Source of the DNA: the human T2T-CHM13v2.0 reference genome, Homo sapiens
Reading direction: 5' to 3' (one strand)
DNA: 64,000 bases
Assembly: GCF_009914755.1 (NCBI RefSeq)
Contig: NC_060926.1
Position 1 is the first letter of the stretch, and each line of letters starts with the position of its first letter. Under the pieces are notes generated by a model that saw only the letters and a program-made list of their open reading frames with translations, had not been told where the DNA came from and did not search any database. Below are positions 59,733-64,000 of this stretch, in pieces. The position numbers and the translations under genes are program-made.

Positions 59733-60880
59733 TTAGCATTGAGGTGACTGGGTAAGGAATACATAGGATTTGTTTGCAATATTTCTCACAATTATAAGTG
59801 AGTCTATGATTATACCAAAGTTTATATCAAAATCTATGATTATATCAATAGTTTAGAAAGTTTCCTTAGACAAAAAAAAAAAAAAGGAAAATAAAAACAA
59901 AAGAAAGAATAATAAATTGAAACAGGATAATTGCTGAGCCAAGAAAGCTTGAGAGGATAACATCACTGGAGGGGGCAAGACTTCTAACCAACATGTCACT
60001 AACACAGAGAAAAATCATCATATCCCCAAAATCCCAAACTTAAGTAAAGGTGAAGACAATGGAAATTCATTGCAACTAGAGTTGCAGTTAATCTCCCTTC
60101 ACCAAATGGTACCAGGTATACTATGGCAAATGTACAGAGAAAGCAGTTTCCTTGGATTCCGCTCACTCTTTATGCTATTTAATTGACAAATGGAACTGAT
60201 CTTTTATGTGGCCATAGTAATGAGATCATAACTCCAAAAACTCTCAGCAGAGAAGGAAGTTCTGGATGTAAGCATCAACTTTAACTAGTCACTAATAACT
60301 TCAGCTCTGAAACTCAATTATATTGCACATGTTCAACAGAGAACACAACCATATCCTCCATAATAAAACATGAAATTACTTATAAAAGGTAAAATTCTTG
60401 ATGTGTATGATCTTTCACATGCAGAGATTACTGAAGTATTAAAGCAATGTGATGTATTACCATAAACGCCAAAATTTTTCAATGGATATTTCTTTCGTCT
60501 TCTTATTCTTTTTGGCTGTGTTTCTGTAGGATGATGGTGTTATAATAATTGAAAAGATTAATTATTGTATTTGCACCTGAACCTATTTTATTTAACATTA
60601 CTGTGACAATTGAGAGCAAATTGTATTGACAGTCCCTTCTTAAACATAATTATGCAAAAAACTACCATCCAGAATCAATTAAGGTTGGATATCACATTTA
60701 ATTTTATGGAAATTCAGAGCTCAGAAAAACACGAATCCAAGATACTCAGAGTATAAAGGTAGTGGTAGTCACTGACGATGTTTTCTTGCTTGCTCATATT
60801 GATGGCTAAAGGGAGAAAGCTTGTAAAGATTTGAAGATTGTTTGTGGAGTATTTAAAGCCGTGGAATTATTAATCACAAC

Positions 60881-60883
<3 letters not shown>

Positions 60884-60916
<33 letters not shown>
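60884..60916 (+). repeat. (TG)n microsatellite
   Basis: About 16 units. Confidence 0.95.
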
Positions 60917-60917
<1 letters not shown>

Positions 60918-61698
60918 CTAGTAATTGAATTCAGGTATTTCATCCAACATTTACAGTGATGTGTAGATGTTTATTCACTCATCCATGTTGCTGATTGTCA
61001 TAGGACCATCAAACTGAGGAATATCTGGTTATGAATACAGGGATATAACAAATTGTTTTTGAAACATGTTAATAGTTGCATACAGCATGCATATTTTGAC
61101 AAATTTATGTAGCAGCTCTAAATACCAAACTGAAATGCCAGAATTTTTTGTTTGTAACATACACACAAAACACCCCATAAAAATAAAAACATTATCATAT
61201 ATAAAAAACATGGCATGAAACCCCATACCAGTCTCAAAGGCCAAATTCAAATGCCTATTATGGATGTTTGCATGTAGGCATTAATTAATTCAGGAATGTA
61301 AAAACATAAACTCTATTCTTAGATATAAAATCCCTCATTAGTAAGTACAGACAAATTCTCATATTCCAATTATTGCTATTTACTGTGACTTCATGATGAC
61401 TTGTTTCTATTCATATTTTGAATAATTAAATTTATACCGTTTACTCTAATCCTCTGAATCTAATCTTCTGCATCCTAAACTTCATCTGTTTCTACATGAT
61501 TGGAAATTAAGTATTTCTATGATAGCTAGGATTAACAAGCAAGGGTTTTCTACTTTGCACTCTAATACTCTCAATGGAAATTTGGGAGAATAAGATTTGT
61601 TTGGGTTTAATTGTTTGGGTTTTCTGTTTCAAGATTCCTTATAAGTAAAACGTTATTATAAGATTATTTGGGTGTATATAGGAGCATGAGGAAATAAC

Positions 61699-61990
61699 TA
61701 TATATATGTATTTATATATTTATACATTTGTATGTATATGTATTTATATATGTATTATGTATAAATATATATGTATTTATGTGTATATACATGTGTATGT
61801 GTGTGATATATATATCACACACTATATATCACACATATATACTATATATGTGTGATATATATAAGTATATCACACACTATATATATCACATATATACCAT
61901 ATATGTGATATATATGTATATCATACATGCAATATATATCACATATATATCATATATATCACACTATATACATATATATATCACACACAC
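61699..61990. repeat. TA/CA/TG-rich low-complexity array with nested palindromes
   Basis: Recurrent atatatcacac / gtgtgatatat units in both orientations. Confidence 0.9.
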
Positions 61991-62357
61991 AAATGTCTCC
62001 ACTTCCTCTTTCTGAGCTTTAGAAGTCACAGACAACATTTTAATTCTATTTCTACTATCTTTAGTTTAGCTTATATCTCTGCCTCCAGTTTCTTAACATT
62101 TCTAGTCATATCTTTTAAGTGACAATAGTCATTTTCCTTAAACCCTCTCTTCAGAATGACAACCTTATGTCTAAAGGCCCTAGTGCTTCCACTGCCTTAA
62201 AAAAAAGCCTCAAATGCTAACCTAGAAATTAGTACTATTTTAATCTCACATATTTCCAATGTGGAGGAAATTTTTATTAATCCATGGGTTCATATTTGTT
62301 TTCTAAAATTTCTCTGCTGAAATTGAAAACAGATATTTTCCCAAATATTTCTGCTAA

Positions 62358-62727
<370 letters not shown>

Positions 62728-63252
62728 TAAATAATCTTTGCCGTGCCCATTCTGTCATTGTCTTTGCACCTTTATTATAATGGTTGTTAAACTATGTTGG
62801 GGTATATCAACTAGTGTTTGTTACTTTTTTAAAATCAATTTTTATGTTATTAGGTCTTGAAAGGCAGCTCATGTCTGATACATTTAGGTAACTTTTGGAA
62901 TATAAGATAGTTAATGGCTAACATATTTGACTCTGCCTCACCTAGTTCAACTCCAAAGCCCACAAGGTACCAAGGAGATAGCTCAAATAATTCTTGCCTC
63001 ACTCTTTGCAAGGAAGGTGAATCCATTTCCATTTGGAAGGAAGGTTATTATATCAGCTCTAGTGAAAAAAAAAACACTCTGCAAAAGTGAAAAATGTAGA
63101 TTGTAAAGAATCTTGAGTAGGAAAAGACAACTGCTATAATTTGTAGGTGTTAGGACACCACTGACTTGAATGGCAGGTGCAAAGGCACATAAATATTGGT
63201 TCTCAAACTAATTGTCTTCTCTTGGGGGTCTTGTAAGACCCACTTGAAGCAG

Positions 63253-64000
63253 TATAGTGAATTCTTATAATTTTATGTTGCCTTGGCATGCATTTTGAAT
63301 ATAGGGTTAACTTTCTCAGACCAGAGGCAGGGCTTAGGCAACTTTGACAGCTTCCAGTTCTCTACCTCTTCCCAGTGCCTCAATGTGGTTGATCCAGATA
63401 TCTGCCCTATACAACCTCCTCTTGTGCCTTCATCCCTGTGGGACAGCTAGATACAACCTATTTGACTCATCCCACTGTCTTACTGCTTTTGTGTTGCTAC
63501 AAAGGAATATCTGAATCTGGGTAATTTATGAAGAAAACAGGTTTATTTGGCTCATAGTCTACAGGCTGTACAGAGAGCATGGCACCAGCATCTGTATCTG
63601 GTGAGGGTCTCAAGCTGCTTTCATTCATGGCAGAAAGAGAAGAGGAGCCTCCAAGTGCAGATATCACATGAGTGAGAGAGGAAGCCAGAGAGAGACGGGG
63701 AGATTCCAGGCTCTTTTTAACAACCAACTCCTGTGGAAAATAATAGAGCAAGAATTCACTCATTAACACTATCACGACATGAAGCCATTCATGACCCAAA
63801 CACCTACCATTAGGCCCCATCTCCAAAATTGGAGATCAGATTTCAACATGAGTTTTGGAGGGTCAAATATACAAACTATAGAACCAACTGATTTGTATGC
63901 CCTACATGTGCTGCACAGATATACCACAGTGACCATCTCTCAATCACAGGTGTTACTTTACAGAACTTATGTCTGCATGTTCTAAGTTCACCAATTAGAA
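63253..64000 (+). mobile_element. MER54-like ERVL LTR interrupted by MST and running off the window
   Basis: tagtgaattcttataattttatgttgccttggcat...gggacagctagatacaaccta; resumes after 63888. Confidence 0.6.
63476..63883 (-). mobile_element. MSTB-like MaLR solo LTR
   Basis: gttgctacaaaggaatatctg..ctgggtaatttatgaagaaaa...atttcaacatgag; TSD cc(c/a)ac at 63471-63475 and 63884-63888. Confidence 0.85.

Noticed and set aside
59802-59855. Short tandem duplication tctatgattata(c/t)caa
   Set aside because: Ordinary slippage duplication at an L1 3' end.
61728-62015. Tyr/Ile/His-rich ORF
   Set aside because: Translation of a TA/CA low-complexity repeat.

Overview
AT-rich primate (almost certainly human/hominid) genomic DNA with no recognisable intact protein-coding gene, functional RNA gene or CRISPR array. 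About half of the window is transposable-element debris: a complete THE1B MaLR provirus, THE1A/THE1B/MER50 solo LTRs, MLT1/MLT2/MST/LTR16/LTR33/MER54-type LTRs, an ERV-L pol/dUTPase relic, L1PA/L1MA/L1MB/L1MD/L1ME/HAL1 pieces, a dozen Alus (one with AluYa5-lineage diagnostics), MIR/L2 and the DNA transposons MER20 and Tigger3a. Nearly all ORFs in the track are repeat-derived or chance. I cannot support a novel biological system. The best leads are a possible DUX4-responsive THE1-LTR-driven spliced transcript, a few exon-like segments, a head-to-head fused inverted Alu pair with a fold-back junction, a templated insertion inside THE1B-int, an LTR33-linked ERV-L pol-dUTPase relic, a 5'-inverted L1MA and a cruciform-prone palindrome cluster. 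Subfamily names come from recalled consensus sequences, not from a database search, and boundaries of old elements are approximate.
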